From NCBI GenBank assembly GCA_002104905.1, contig MCFE01000343.1, positions 26,818-90,817 on the forward strand: a stretch of DNA of 64,000 bases, written 5' to 3'. Both the position numbers and the translations under genes were made by a program. Shown here piece after piece: positions 12,951-26,620 of this stretch. Numbering within the stretch: the first letter of the stretch is position 1; each line of letters starts with the position of its first letter. This DNA is from Basidiobolus meristosporus CBS 931.73. Lineage: Eukaryota; Fungi; Basidiobolomycota. The notes beneath the pieces are model-generated. The model worked only from the letters and a program-made list of their open reading frames with translations, was not told where the DNA came from and ran no database searches.

Positions 12951-14022
12951 TGTAGTGGGGTGACAGTGACACCCACTAACAGATGTGCTCATTCCCTTAT
13001 TTTCTACTTCCCTATATCCCTACTACACTCATTTTAGTTTTATCCCATTTGTCTTACCCAATCAGTACTATCCCATAAGCCGGTTGACTATCACACCTGC
13101 TTACCTTATTGCATAAGTTACCCCTCACTTTATGTAAGATTACTAGTTACAAGTGCTTCTATATTAGGCAAGTACCCGCGCCAGTACCCGTGACACATGA
13201 TCAACCCGTGTCACCATCCCTACCATTTCCATACCATATATGGTATCCCCATGTTACACAGGTTTCAGAATACTGATTCCTGATTGGTTGGATGTGCTGT
13301 GCCTCTTAGAACCTTCCGGCACCTACTTAGAACATTCTTAGGTCATTCTGATGTCATTAAGATTTCTATTGAACTCCGGAACCTTCTGGAACACCATGAT
13401 TAGTAATCACTTAGCCAGTGAAGAAAAGTATATAAGGGAGGCTATCCCTCAACAATAAATCATCATCCCTTTTATCAATATACCGACTTGTTGATTAGTG
13501 TGATCACTGCTACCTGCTGCTACCTGAACTTCCAACCCTAGACCACAGGACACTCCCAGGAAACCGCGCTGACAGCCAACTGACCTTGGAGGCACTACTT
13601 GTGAGGAATACTCAGAGTAGGTATCTTTTATTATATTTGATTCTTTCCCAAGTTTGTTCTTGTACAGGCAAAGATACTTTTCTGTCTTTGTAACTATTGA
13701 CCAAAGCTGCATTCTTATCAAGTCCCTGCTGGTGGAGTTTACAGTTGTTTTGACTTTGGAAGCTTTAGTACATTGTCATCTCAAAGGACGCTGAACCCAG
13801 CACATACTTTTGTTAAGACGCCAACTAAGTTGGGGATTGTAGCTCAATAGTTTTCCCTTGACAAGCTTGTGGCTTTATTCCCCTTCACATTAGATTAGAG
13901 ACAGAACCCAAGTATTCCTAGCAAGCTTTTGCCAGAGGTTATCGCACCCAGTGAACACCCCACACACAAAACACTTGAGAAGTGTTGGACGTATCTCTCC
14001 CTTGGACTTATACACCACCACA
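12951..14022 (+). mobile_element. Solo LTR, family C (1072 bp)
   Basis: TGTAGTGG...CCACCACA inverted termini (7/8 match). 4-bp TSD CCGG at 12947-12950 and 14023-14026. TATATAA at 13429. The satellite resumes on both sides. Strand inferred from the TATA box and from homology to the chromovirus leader. Confidence 0.85.
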
Positions 14023-16429
14023 CCGGGCCCGTGCTACTAGCTTGCATTATTTTGCCCAGCTCCTGGATATTGAATATCTTTATATGAGGCAATATCCAAC
14101 AATACAACTGTTTCATCTTGAGCTAAGGTCCTACATCTCTGCTCTAATAGCCTTGATCCTGGTTCTAGATATCAACCCTGGTTACCAGACCCAAGTCCTT
14201 GATCACACCCCTTGTATCCTTGAGCAATATACAGAATTTCAACTTTCAGCACTTGGACCCAGGTCCTAAATCTTGACTCTAGTCCATTGAGCCTAGGTGC
14301 TGAATCTTAGCTTGTATTTTCAAGCCCAGATCCTTAATATTAAATCTCTTAGAATTAAGCAATACCTAACATTAAAACTTCAGGAACCTTGAGCCCAGGT
14401 TCTACATCTCAGCTTTGATAACCTAGATCCAGGTTTTAGATATATGATCTGATTTTGTAGACCTGAGTCCTGGATGACACTCCTCATTCCCTTAATCAAT
14501 GTCCAATATTTCAACTTTCAGCACCTGGACGCAGGTCCAACATCTAACCTTTCATCAATTGTGGCCCAAGTCTTCATATCTTAGCTTGAATTACCATGCC
14601 CAAGTACTGGATATGAACTCTGATTAAATTGAACAATATTTAACTTCACGTAGTGGCACCTTGAGCCCAGGTCATATATCTCAGCTTAAATTACCTAAAT
14701 CCAGGTTCTAGATCTTGACCCTTATCACATTAACCCAAGCCCTGGATGATACCCACATTTCCTTGAGCAATATCCTACATTCTGACTTTCAGGACCTGGA
14801 CTCTGGTCATTAACCTCAACTTGCATTACTATTCTTAGGACCTAGTATTGAATTCCATCAACTTGAGTCATATACAACAATACAACTTTTGGCATCTTGA
14901 GCCTGGGTTCTATATCTTAGGTTTCATCTCCTGGACCTAGGTTCAAGATTTTAGCTACTATTGCCTATACACAGTTTCTTGATATCAACATTCAGCAACT
15001 TGACCCTGGTCCTAGATAACAACTCTAATATCAACAAGCAATATGCCAAATATCAACTTTCAGCTGCTGGACACAGGTCCTAGATTGCACTTCTCAGCAC
15101 CTAGAACCTGATCCTAGATCTCAACCTTAGGCACCTGGATCCAGGTCCTAGTTCTCACCATCCTGCATCTGCCCCAATTTCCTGGATCTATACTTTTAGT
15201 ACATTGACTCAGGTTTTGAATCTTAGCTAGCATTATATTTCTCAGATCCTGGATATTAAATTCTACTAAATGAGGTAATATCCAACACTACAACTTTTTG
15301 TGGCTTGAGCCCAGGCCCTACATCCCGCCTTTAAAATCCTTGATCTGGTTGTCAATTTTTGTACTATCACCAGGACCCAAGTCATAGATAACGCACCTCA
15401 TGTTCTTGAGCAATATTCAAGATTTCAAAGTAGCTTGCATTCTCATACCCACATCCTAAACATCAAATTGCGTTATACTGAACAATATCTAATATTACAA
15501 GCTTTCCAGCTTAAGAGCTGGTCCTATATCCCAACTTTCACCACCTTGAACCAGGCTCTAGTTATTTGCCCTCATCACCTGGGCCAGTTCCTTGTTCTTT
15601 GCACTCATCACCTTGACCAAGCTTCTGGATGACAATCCTAATTTTGCAGAGCAATATCCAAGAGATAAACTTTCTGCACCTGGACCTAGGTCCTAACTCA
15701 CTACCTTGAGCAATGTCCAAAACATCAACTTTCAGCACCTGGACATAGGTCCTAAATCTCAGCTTTGAGCACTTTAACACAAGTCCTGGATTTCAGGACT
15801 CATTAAATTGAGCAATATATACCATTAAACTTCTGTCATCTAGAGCCCAGGTCCTGCATCTGAAGTTTCTTCCCCTTGAACCAAGCCCTAGTACTTTGCC
15901 CTCATCACCTGGTCCAAGGTCCTGGAAAGCAACCCTCATCTTATTGAGCAATATCCAGAAGTTCAACTTGCAGCACCTGGACCCAGGTCCTAGATTTCAA
16001 CTTTTAGCACTTGGACCAATGCCATGGATATCTAGTTTAGATTAATAGAGTAATATCCAACATGAAAACATTTGGTAGCTTGAGCCCAGGTTCTCAATAG
16101 CTACCCTGAGTACGTACATTAAGCTTGTGGATAACACACTTCATCACCCTGCTCAGTGTCCAATATGTAAACTTCTGGCATCTGGACCTTGGTCATAAAT
16201 CTCAACTTTCAGCACTGGGATAACAATCCTGGATACCAGGACTGATTGAATTGAGCAATATCTAACAGTAAAACATCTAACAACTAGAACCCAAATTCTG
16301 TTTCTTGACTCTCATTCCCTTGAACAAGGCCCTAGCTCTTTGCCCTCACAAACTGGTCCAGTGTCCTGTATGACATCCCTCATTTCATTGAGCTTTATCC
16401 AAAAGCTCATCTTTCAATACCAGGACGCA

Positions 16430-19400
16430 GGTTCTAAATCTCAACCATCAGAACTTGCACCCAGGTCCTGGAAGTAATAATGGAATTAATAGATTGATAT
16501 CAAACATGGAATTGGCACCTGTCTCTAGGTCCTAAATCCCAACCTTCAGAACCTGGACCCAGGTCCTAGATGTGATACTGGAATTAACAGAGTAATATCA
16601 AACATGCAATCAGCACCTGGCTCTAGGTCCTGAGTCTCAGCCTTTATCACCTAGACCAAGGTCCTAGATGTTGTACTGGAGTTAATAAAGTAATAAACAA
16701 CATGAAGTCCTCACCTGGCTCTAGGTCCTTGATCTCAGCTTTCAGCACCTGGACACAGGTCCTGGATGTCATACAGGAATAAGTATAGAATTATCAAACA
16801 TAAAATTGGCACCTGGCTGCAGGTGCTAAATCTCAGCTTTAAGCACCTAAACCCAGGTCCAGGATGTCATATTGGATTAGACAGAGTATTAACAAACATG
16901 AAATCTGCACCTGGCTCCAGATCCTAATTATTAGTCCTCAGCACCTGGACCAAGGTCCTTGATGACATACTGGTATTAATAAAGTAAAAACAAACATGAA
17001 ATCAACACCTGGCTCTGGGCCCTAAATCTCAGCTTCAAGCACCTGGACCCAGGTCCTGGTTATCATATTGGAACTAATAGAGTGATATTCAACTAGCAAT
17101 CAACATCTGACTCTAGGTTCTAAATCTGAGCTTTAAGCACCTGGACCCAAATCCTGAATATCATACCGGCATTAATAGAGTAATAACCAGCATGAAATCC
17201 TCACCAGGCTCTATGTCCTAAATCTCCACCTTCAGCACCAGGAACCAGGTCCTGAATGTCATACTGGAATTAATAGAGTAATATCAGACATGCAATCAGC
17301 ACCTGGCCCTAGGTCCCAAATCTTAACCTTCAGAACCTGGACCCAGGTCCTGGATGCAATACTGGAATCAACAGTGTAATATCAAACAGGCAATCAGCAC
17401 CTGGCTCTAGGTCCTAAGTCTCAGCTTTCAGCACTTGGGCCCAGGTCATAGATGACATACTGGAGTTAATAGAGTAATAACAATCATAAAGTCAGCACCT
17501 GGTTCTGAGTGCCATATCTCAGCTCAAGGCAGCTGGGCCCAGGTCCTAGATATCATACTGTAATTGATAGAGTAATATCAAACATGCAATCAGCACCTGG
17601 CTCTAGGTCCTAATACTCAGCTTTAAGCACCTGGACCCAGGTCCAGGATGTCATATTGGAATTAATAGAGTGATATGCAACATTTAATCAGCTCCCAGCT
17701 CTGTTTCCTAAATCTCAGCTTCCAGCACCTGGGGCCAGGTCCTAGATGTCATACTGTAATTAATTTAGTAATATCTAAAATGAAATATGGCACCTGGCTC
17801 CAAGTCCTAAATTTGAGCTTTAAGCACCTAAACCCAGGTCCAGGATGTCATATTGGAATAAGCAGAGTAATAACAAACATGAAATATGCACCTGGCTCCA
17901 GGTCCTAAATAATAGTCTTCAGCCCTAGACCAAGGTCCTGTATGACATATTGGAATTAATAGAGTAATAACAAACACAAAATCCACATCTAGCTCCAGGT
18001 CCTATATCTCAGCCTTCATCACCTAGACCAAGGTCTTGGATGTCATGCTAGAATCAATAGAGTAAAAACAAACATGAAATCAACACCTGGCTCTGGGCCC
18101 TAAATCTCAGCTTTAAGCACCTGGAACCAGGTACTGGATATCATATTGGAATTAATAGAGTGATATTCAACAAGCAATCAGCATCTGGCTCTAGGTCCTC
18201 AATCTCAGCTTTAAGCACCTTGACCCAGGTCCTGAATGCCATACTGGAATTAATAGTGTAATAACCAGCATAAAATCCTCACCTGACACTACATCCTAAA
18301 TCTCCACCTTCAGCACCTGGAAGCAGGTCCTGGATGTCATACTGGAATTAATAGAATAATATCAAACATGCAATCAGCACCTGGCTCTAGGTCCCAAATC
18401 TTGACCTTCAGAACCTGGACCCAGGTCCTGGATGTAAAACTGGAATCAAAAGTGTAATATCAAACATGCAATCAACACCTGGCTCTAGGTCCTAAGTGTC
18501 AGCTTTCAGCACCTGGGCCCAGGTCATAGATGACACACTGGAGTTAATAGAGTAATAACAACCATAAAGTCAGCACCTGGTTCTGGGTCGCAAATCTCAG
18601 CTCAAGGCATCTGGGCCCAGGTCCTAGATATCATACTGTAATTGATAGAGTAATATCAAACATGCAATCAGCACCTGGCTCTAGGTCCTAATACTCAGCT
18701 TTAAGCACCTGGACCCAGGTCCAGGATGTCATATTGGAATTAATAGAGTGATGTGCAACATTTAATCAGCTCCCAGCTCTGTTTCCTAAATCTCAGCTTC
18801 CAGCACCTGGGGCCAGGTCCTAGATGTCATACTGTAATTAATTTAGTAATATCTAAAATGAAATTGGCACCTGGCTCCAAGTCCTAAATTTTAGCTTTAA
18901 GCACCTAAACCCAGGTCCAGGATGTCATATTGGAATAAGCAGAGTAATAACAAACATGAAATATGCACCTGGCTCCAGGTCCTAAATAATAGTCTTCAGC
19001 CCCTAGACCAAGGTCCTGTATGACATATTGGAATTAATAGAGTAATAACAAACACAAAATCCACATCTAGCTCCAGGTCCTATATCTCAGCCTTCAGCAC
19101 CTAGACCAAGGTCTTGGATGTCATGCTAGAATCAATAGAGTAAAAACAAACATGAAATCAACACCTGGCTCTGGGCCCTAAATCTCAGCTTTAAGCACCT
19201 GGAACCAGGTACTGGATATCATATTGGAATTAATAGAGTGATATTCAACAAGCAATCAGCATCTGGCTCTAGGTCCTCAATCTCAGCTTTAAGCACCTTG
19301 ACCCAGGTCCTGAATGCCATACTGGAATTAATAGTGTAATAACCAACATGAAATCCTCACCTGACTCTATATCCTAAATCTCCACCTTCAGCACCTGGAA

Positions 19401-21150
19401 CCAGGTCCTGGATGTCATACTGGAATTAAAAGAATAATATCAAGCATGCAATCAGCACCTGGCTCTAGGTTTTAAATCTTGACCTTCAGAACCTGGACCC
19501 AGGTCCTAGATGTAATACTAGAATCAACAGTGTAATATCAAACACGCAAGCAGCACCTGGCTCTAGGTCCTAAGTCTCAGCCTTTATCACCTGGACCAAG
19601 GTCCTGGATGTCATACTGGAATCAATAGAGTAATAACCAACATGAAATCCTCACCTGGCTCTAGGTCCTTGATCTATGCTTTCAGCACCTGGACCCAGGT
19701 CTTGGATGTCATATTGGAATCAATAGAGTGATATGCAACATTTAATCGGCACCTGGCTCTGGGTCCTTAAATCTCAGCTTAAGGCATCTGGGCCCAGGTC
19801 CTAGATGTCATACTGTAATTAATAGAGTAATATCAAGCATGCAATCAGCACCAGGCTCTAGGTCCTAATACACAGCTTTAAGCACCTGGATCCAGGTCCT
19901 GGATGTCACACAGGAATAAATATAGTAATATCAAACATGAAATTGGCACCTGGCTCCAAGTCCTAATTCTTAGCCTTCAGCACCTAGACCAAGGTCCTGG
20001 ATGACATGCTGGAATTAATCAAGTATTTAACAAACATGGAATCAACACCTGGCTCTGGGCCCTATATCTCAGTTTCAAGCACCTGGACCCAGATCCTGGA
20101 TATCATATCAGAACTAATAGAGTGATATTCAATAAGCAATCAGCATTGGCCTCTGGGTCCTAAATCTCAGCTTTAATCACCTGGACCCAGTACCTGGATG
20201 TCATACTGGAATAAATAGAGTAATAACCAACATGAAATCTGCACCTGGCTCTAGGTCCTAAGTCTCAGCCTTTAGCACCTGGACCCAGGTCCTTGATGTC
20301 ATATTGGAATTAATAGTGCAATATTCAACATGCAATTAGTACCTGGCTCTAGGTCCTTAATCTCAATCTTCAGCGCCTGGACCCAGGTCCTGGATGTCAT
20401 ATTGGAATTACTAGGGTAATATCTAACATGCAATCAGCACCTAGCTCTAAGTCATAAGTCACAGCCTACAGCACCTAAACTCAGCTTTAAGCACCTATCC
20501 CAGGTTCTGGATGTCATATTGGAATTAAGAGAGTGATAACCAATATGCAATCAGTACCAGACTCTAGGTCCTAAATCTCAGTTTTCAATACCTGGAACCA
20601 GGTCCTGGCCTTAAACATATTCACCTGAACCATGGTCCTGATTAACAATTCTTAATTAGTAGAGTAATATCAATCTGCAATCAGCACCTAGCTCTAGCCC
20701 TAAATCTCAGCCATCAGCACGTAGACTCAGATCCTTGATGTCATATTGGAATTACTAGAGTATTATCTAACAGGCAGTCAGCATCTGGCTTTAGGCCCTA
20801 AATCTCAGCCTTCAGCACCTGGACCCGGTTCCTGGATGTAATACTAGAATTAATAAAGCAATATCAAACATGCAATCAGCACCTGGCCCCAGATCCTAAA
20901 TCTTGGCCTTCAGTACGTGGACCCAGGTCCCAGTTTTCAACTTTATTCACCTGAACCTTGTTCCTGAAGAACACTTCTCAATTAATAGAGTTATATCTAA
21001 CATGCAGTCAGCACCTGGCTCTAGGTCCTAAATCCCAGCCTTTATCCCCTAAACCCAGGTCCTTGATGTTGTATTGGAATTAATAGAGTAATATCAAATT
21101 TGCAATCAACAACTGGCTCTAGTTCCTAAGTCTCAGGCTTCAGCACCTGG
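16430..21150 (+). repeat. 98-bp satellite array with 1078-bp (11-monomer) higher-order repeat
   Basis: Monomer starts at 17581, 17679 and 17777 (98 bp apart). Diagnostic variants recur at 1078-bp spacing: TAAAAACAAA at 16985/18063/19141, ATCCACATCT at 17981/19059. Confidence 0.92.
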
Positions 21151-24100
21151 ACCCAGGTCCTAAGTATTGGCTCTTATCCTTCAGCACCTGGATCCAGGTC
21201 CTAGATCTCACCTTTCAGCACCAGGACCCAAGTCCTAGATCTCACCTTTCAGCACCTGGACACAGGACCTGGATCTCATCCTTCCGCACCTAGACCCACA
21301 TCCTGGATCTTAAGCAACAGCACCTGGACTTGGGTCTTGAATCTCAACTTTGATCACCAGGATCTTGATCATGAATGACAATCTCATTTAGTAGAGCAAT
21401 ATGTGACATGACAACCTCTGGCATCTGGAGACAACCTCAGGCATCTGGTGCCCAGATTCTAAACATCTTCACTTATCTCCTACACCTAGGTTGTGGATGA
21501 AACTCCTGATTTTTTAAGCAATGTTCAAAAAGTCCATCATCAGCACCTGGACCCAGGTCCTCTATCTCATATTTAAGTACTTGGACAAAGGTCTGGGTTA
21601 CCAAGACCCACTTTGTAGATTTCAACCTTCAGCACCAGGATCCAGGTCCTATATCTCAGCTTTTAGTACCTGGACCCACATCATGTATCTTATCCTTGAG
21701 CACCTTGACCCAGGTCTTAGATCACTTCCTTCAACACCTGGACCCATGACCTAGATCCCAACTTTGAGCACCTGGACTAAGGTGCTAGGTCTTATCATTC
21801 AACACCAGGTCCCAAACCATGGCTCTTATCCTTCAGCCCCTGCACTCACATCATGGATCTTTTCCTTCAGCACCTTGACCCAGGGCCTAGGTCTCATCCT
21901 TCAGCACCTAGTCCCAGGTCACATCTGTTATCCTTCAGCACATGGACCTAGGTCCTTGATCTCAACTTTCAGCACTTGGACCCAGATCCTAGGTCTCATC
22001 CTTCAGCACCTGGTCCCAAGCCATGGCTCTTATCCTTCAGCACCTGGACCCATGCCCTAGATCTCATATATAAGCACTTGAACAAAGGTCCTGGTTACCA
22101 AGACCCAGGTTGTAGATCTCAACCTTCAGCACCTGGACCCAGGTCCTAGATCTCAACTTTAAGCACCTGGACCTAGATCCTAGGTCCCATCCTTCAGCAC
22201 TTGGACCTAGATCCTAATTCTCATCCTTCAGCACTTGGACCTAGGTCCTGGGTCTCATCCTTCAGCACCTGGACCTAGGTTGTTGATCTCAACCTTGAGC
22301 ACCTGGATCCAGGTCCTAGATCTCAACTTTAAGCACCTGGACCTAGGTCCTAGGTCTCATCCTTCAGCACCTGGACCTAGGTTGTAGATCTCAACCTTCA
22401 GCACCTGGATTCAGGTCCTAGATCTCAACTTTTAGTACCTGGACCCACATCATGGATCTTATCCTTGAGCACCTTGACCCAGGTCTTAGATCACTTCCTT
22501 CAACACCTGGACCCATGACCTAGATCCCAACTTTGAGCACCTGGTCCAAGGTGCTAGGTCTAATCATTCAGCACCAGGTCCCAAGTCATGGCTCTTATCC
22601 TTCAGCACCTGGACCTAGGTCTAAGATCTGAAGCTTCAGCACCTGGGCTCACATCATGGATCTTTTCCTTCAGCACCTTGGCCTAGGTCCTAGGTCTCAT
22701 CCTTCAGCACCTGGTCCCAGGTCACATCTGTTATCCCTCAGCACCTGGACCTAGGTCCTTGATCTCAACTTTCAGCACTTGGACCCAGATCCTAGGTCTC
22801 ATCCTTCAGCACCTGGTCCCAAGCCATGGCTCTTATCCTTCAGCACCTGGACCCATGCCCTAGATCTCATATATAAGCACTTGAATAAAGGTCCTGGTTA
22901 CCAAGACCCAGGTTGTAGATCTCAACCTTCAGCACCTGGACCCAGGTCCTAGATCTCAACTTTAAGCACCTGGACCTAGATCCTAGGTCCCATCCTTCAG
23001 CACTTGGACCTAGATCCTAATTCTCATCCTTCAGCACTTGGACCTAGGTCCTGGGTCTCATCCTTCAGCACCTGGACCTAGGTTTTTGATCTCAACCTTG
23101 AGCACCTGGATCCAGGTCCTGGATCACCACTTTCAGCACCTGGACCCAGGTCATAGGTCTTATCCTTCAGCACCTGGTCCCAGGTCATTGCTCTTATCCT
23201 TCAACACCTGGACCTAGGTCCAAGATCTCAAGCGGCATCACCTGCTCCCAGGTCATTATTCTTATTGTTCAGCACCTATGCCCAGGACCTGGATCTCATC
23301 CTTTAGCACCTGGATCCAGGTCATGGATCTCCACTTTCAGCACCTGGAACCAGGCCATGGATCTTCACTTTCAGCACCTGGACCCAGATCCTATGTCTTA
23401 TCCTTCAGCACCTGGTCCCAGGTCATTGCCCTTATCCTTCAACACCTGGACCTAGGTCCAAGATCTCAAGTTGCAGCACCTGGACCTATGTCATGGATCT
23501 CATTCTTCAGCACCTGGCCCCAGGTCATTATTCTTATTGTTCAGCACCTGTGGCCAGGACCTAGATCTCATCCTTCAGCACCTGGATCCAGGTCATGGAC
23601 CTTGTCCTTCATCACCTGCACCCAGGTCCTATATCTCAAATTTCAGCACCTGGGCCCAGGTCCTAGATCTCATTCTTCAGCTTAAGGTTGTAGAACTCTA
23701 CTTTGAGCACCTGGATCCAGGTCCTAAATCTCAGTCTTCAGCATCTGGACACAGGTCCTATATATCATCCTTCATCATGGCTCTTATCCTTCATCACCTG
23801 GACCCAGGTCTTAGATCTCAACTTTCAGCACCTGGACACAGGTCCTAGATCTCTTCCTTCAGCACCTGGACATAGGTCCTAGATCTCATCCTTCAGCACC
23901 TGGATACAGGTCCTAGATCTTATCCTTCAGCACCTGGATCCAGATTATGGCTTTTGTTCTTCAGCACCTGGGCCCAGATCCTAGATCTCAAGCTTCAGCA
24001 CCTGGACCCAGGTTGTTGATCTCAACCTTCAGCACCTGGACACAGGTTGTTGATCTCAACCTTCAGCACCTGTACACAAGTTTTATATCTTCATCCTTCA

Positions 24101-26620
24101 GCACCTGGACCCAGGTCCTAGACCTCAATTTTCAGCACCTGAACTAGGTCCTAGATCTCAAGCTTCAGCACTTGGACCCACCTGATGGATCTCATCCTGC
24201 AACACCTGGACCCAGGTCCTAGATCTCAGCCTTTCAGCACCTGGACACAGGTCCTAGATCTCATCCTGCAGCACCTGGACCCAGGTCCTAGATTGCAACT
24301 TTCAGCACCTGGGCCAAAGTCCTAGATCTCAACTTTCAGCACCTGGAACCAGGTCCTAGATCTCAACTTTCAGTACCTGGACCCAGGTTGTTGATCTCAA
24401 CCTTCAGCACCTGTACACAAGTCCTATATCTCATCTGTCAGCACCTGGACCCAGGTCCTAGATCTCAGCTTTCAACACCTGGACACAGGTCCTAGATCTC
24501 ATCCTGCAGTACCTGGACCCAGGTCCTAGATCTCAACTTTCAGCACCTGGACCCAGGTCCTAGATCTCAACTTTCAGCACCTGGACCCAGGTCCTAGATC
24601 TCAACTTTCAGCACCTGGGGCCAGGTCCTAGATCTCAACTTTCAGCACCTGGGGCCAGGTCCTAGATCTGAACTTTCAGCACCTGGGGCCAGGTCCTAGA
24701 TCTCAACTTTCAGCACCTGGACTCAGGCCTTGGATCTCAACTTCAATCACTTGGACCTATATCATGGATGACAAGTCTCATTTAGTAGAGCAATATGTGA
24801 CATGACAACCTCTGGCATCTGGAGCCCATGTCTCTTCCCTTATCTCCCAGACCTAGGTTGTGGATGAAACTCTTCATTTTTTTGAGCAATGTCCAAAATG
24901 TCCACCATCAGCATCTGGACCCAGTCCCTAAATCTCAAATTTAAGAATTTGGACAAAGGTCTGGGTTACCAAGATGCAGGTTGTAGATCTCAACCTTCAG
25001 CACCAGGATCCAGGTCCTAGATCTCAACCTTCAGTACTTGGACCCAAGTCATGGATTTTATCCTTCAGCAGCTGGGCCCAGGTCATAATTACTTCTTCAC
25101 ACCAGGACCCAGGACCTAGATCTCAACCTTCAGCACCAGGATCCAGTTCATGGATATCCACTTTCAGCACCTGGACCCAGGTCATGGATCTCCACTTTCA
25201 GCACTTAGACCCAGGTCATTATTCTTATTGTTCAGCACCTGTGCCCAGGACTAGATCATCCTTCAGCACCTGGATCCAGGTCATGGACCTTGTCCTTCAT
25301 CACCTGCACCCAGGTCCTATATCTCAAATTTCAGCCTGGGCCAGGTCTAGATCTCATTCTTCAGCTTAAGGTTGTAGAACTCTACTTTGAGCACCTGGAT
25401 CCAGGTCCTAAGTCTCAGGTTCAGCATCTGGACACAGGTATAGATATCATCCTTCATCATGGCCTTATCCTTCATCACCTGGACCAGTCTTAGATCTCAA
25501 CTTTCAGCACCTGGGCACATGTCCTAGATCTCATCCTTCAGACCTGGACACAGGTCCTAGATCTCTCTACAACACTGGCACAGGTCCTAGATCTTATCCT
25601 TCAGCACTGGACCAGATGCTGGACCTAGGTTCCAGGTCTAGTCCTTCAACACCTGGTCCCAGGTCTTATATTCAACTTTTGCCACCTGCACCCAGGACCT
25701 TAACACCATCTTTGCACCCGGATCCAGATTATGGCTTTGTTCTTCAGCACCTGGGCCATGTCCTAGACTCAAGCGTTCAGCACTGGGGCCATGTCCTAGA
25801 TCTCAAGCTTCAGCACCTGGACCCAGTTGTTGATCTCAACCTTCAGTACTGGACACAGGTCCTAGACTCATCCTTCAGCACTGGACCAGGTTGTGATCTC
25901 AACCTTCAGCACTGTACACAAGTCCTATATCTCATCCACCAGCACCTGGACCCAGGTCCTAGATTCAGCTTTCAGCACCTGGACACAGGTCCTAGATCTC
26001 ATCCTGCAGAACCTGGACCCAGGTCCTAGATCTCAACTTTCAGCACCTGGGGCCAGGTCTTAGATCTCAACTTTCAGCACCTGGACTCAGGTCTTGGATC
26101 TCAACTTTGATCACTTGGACCTAGATCATGGATGACAAGTCTCATTTAGTAGAACAATATGTGACATGACAACCTCTGGCATCTGGAGCCCATGTCTCTT
26201 CCCTTATCTCCCAGACCTAGGTTGTGGATGAAACTCCTCATTTTTTGAGCAATGTCCAAAATGTCCACCATCAGCATCTGGACCCAGGCCCTAAATCTCA
26301 AATTTAAGAACTTGGATAAAGGTCTGGGTTACCAAGATGCAAGTTGTAGATTCAACCTTCAGCACCAGGATCCAGGTCCTAGATCTCAACCTTCAGTACC
26401 TGTACCCAAGTCATGGATTTTATCCTTCAGCAGCTGGGCCCAGGTCTCAAATTACTTCCTTCAACACCAGGACCCACAACCTAGATCTCAACCTTTGGCA
26501 CCAGGACCTGGGTCCTAGTTCTCAACTTTCAGCACCGGTTCCAAGGTCCTAGGTCTCATCCTTCAGCACATGGTCCCAGGTCATGGCTGTTATCCTTCAG
26601 CACCTGTACCTAGGTCCTGG
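21150..26620 (+). repeat. 34-bp satellite array, variant B (AACTTTCAGCACCTGGACCCAGGTCCTAGATCTC)
   Basis: Period 34 (CAGCAC at 24541 and 24575). Differs from variant A at three diagnostic positions. Contains internal block duplications. Confidence 0.93.

Larger units (their letters stand above)
7980..16430 (+). repeat. Degenerate satellite tract (34-bp-like monomers interspersed with a TTGAGCAATATCCAA-type AT-rich linker), interrupted by two solo LTRs
   Basis: Recurrent CAACTTTCAGCACCTTGA.CCCAGGTCCT and TTGAGCAATATCCAA motifs at irregular spacing. Boundaries are approximate. Confidence 0.85.

Noticed and set aside
16430-21150. CRISPR-like repeat-spacer pattern (34-bp-like repeats with ~30-bp intervening segments)
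   Set aside because: The intervening segments are homologous to each other rather than unique, there are no cas genes, and the context is eukaryotic.
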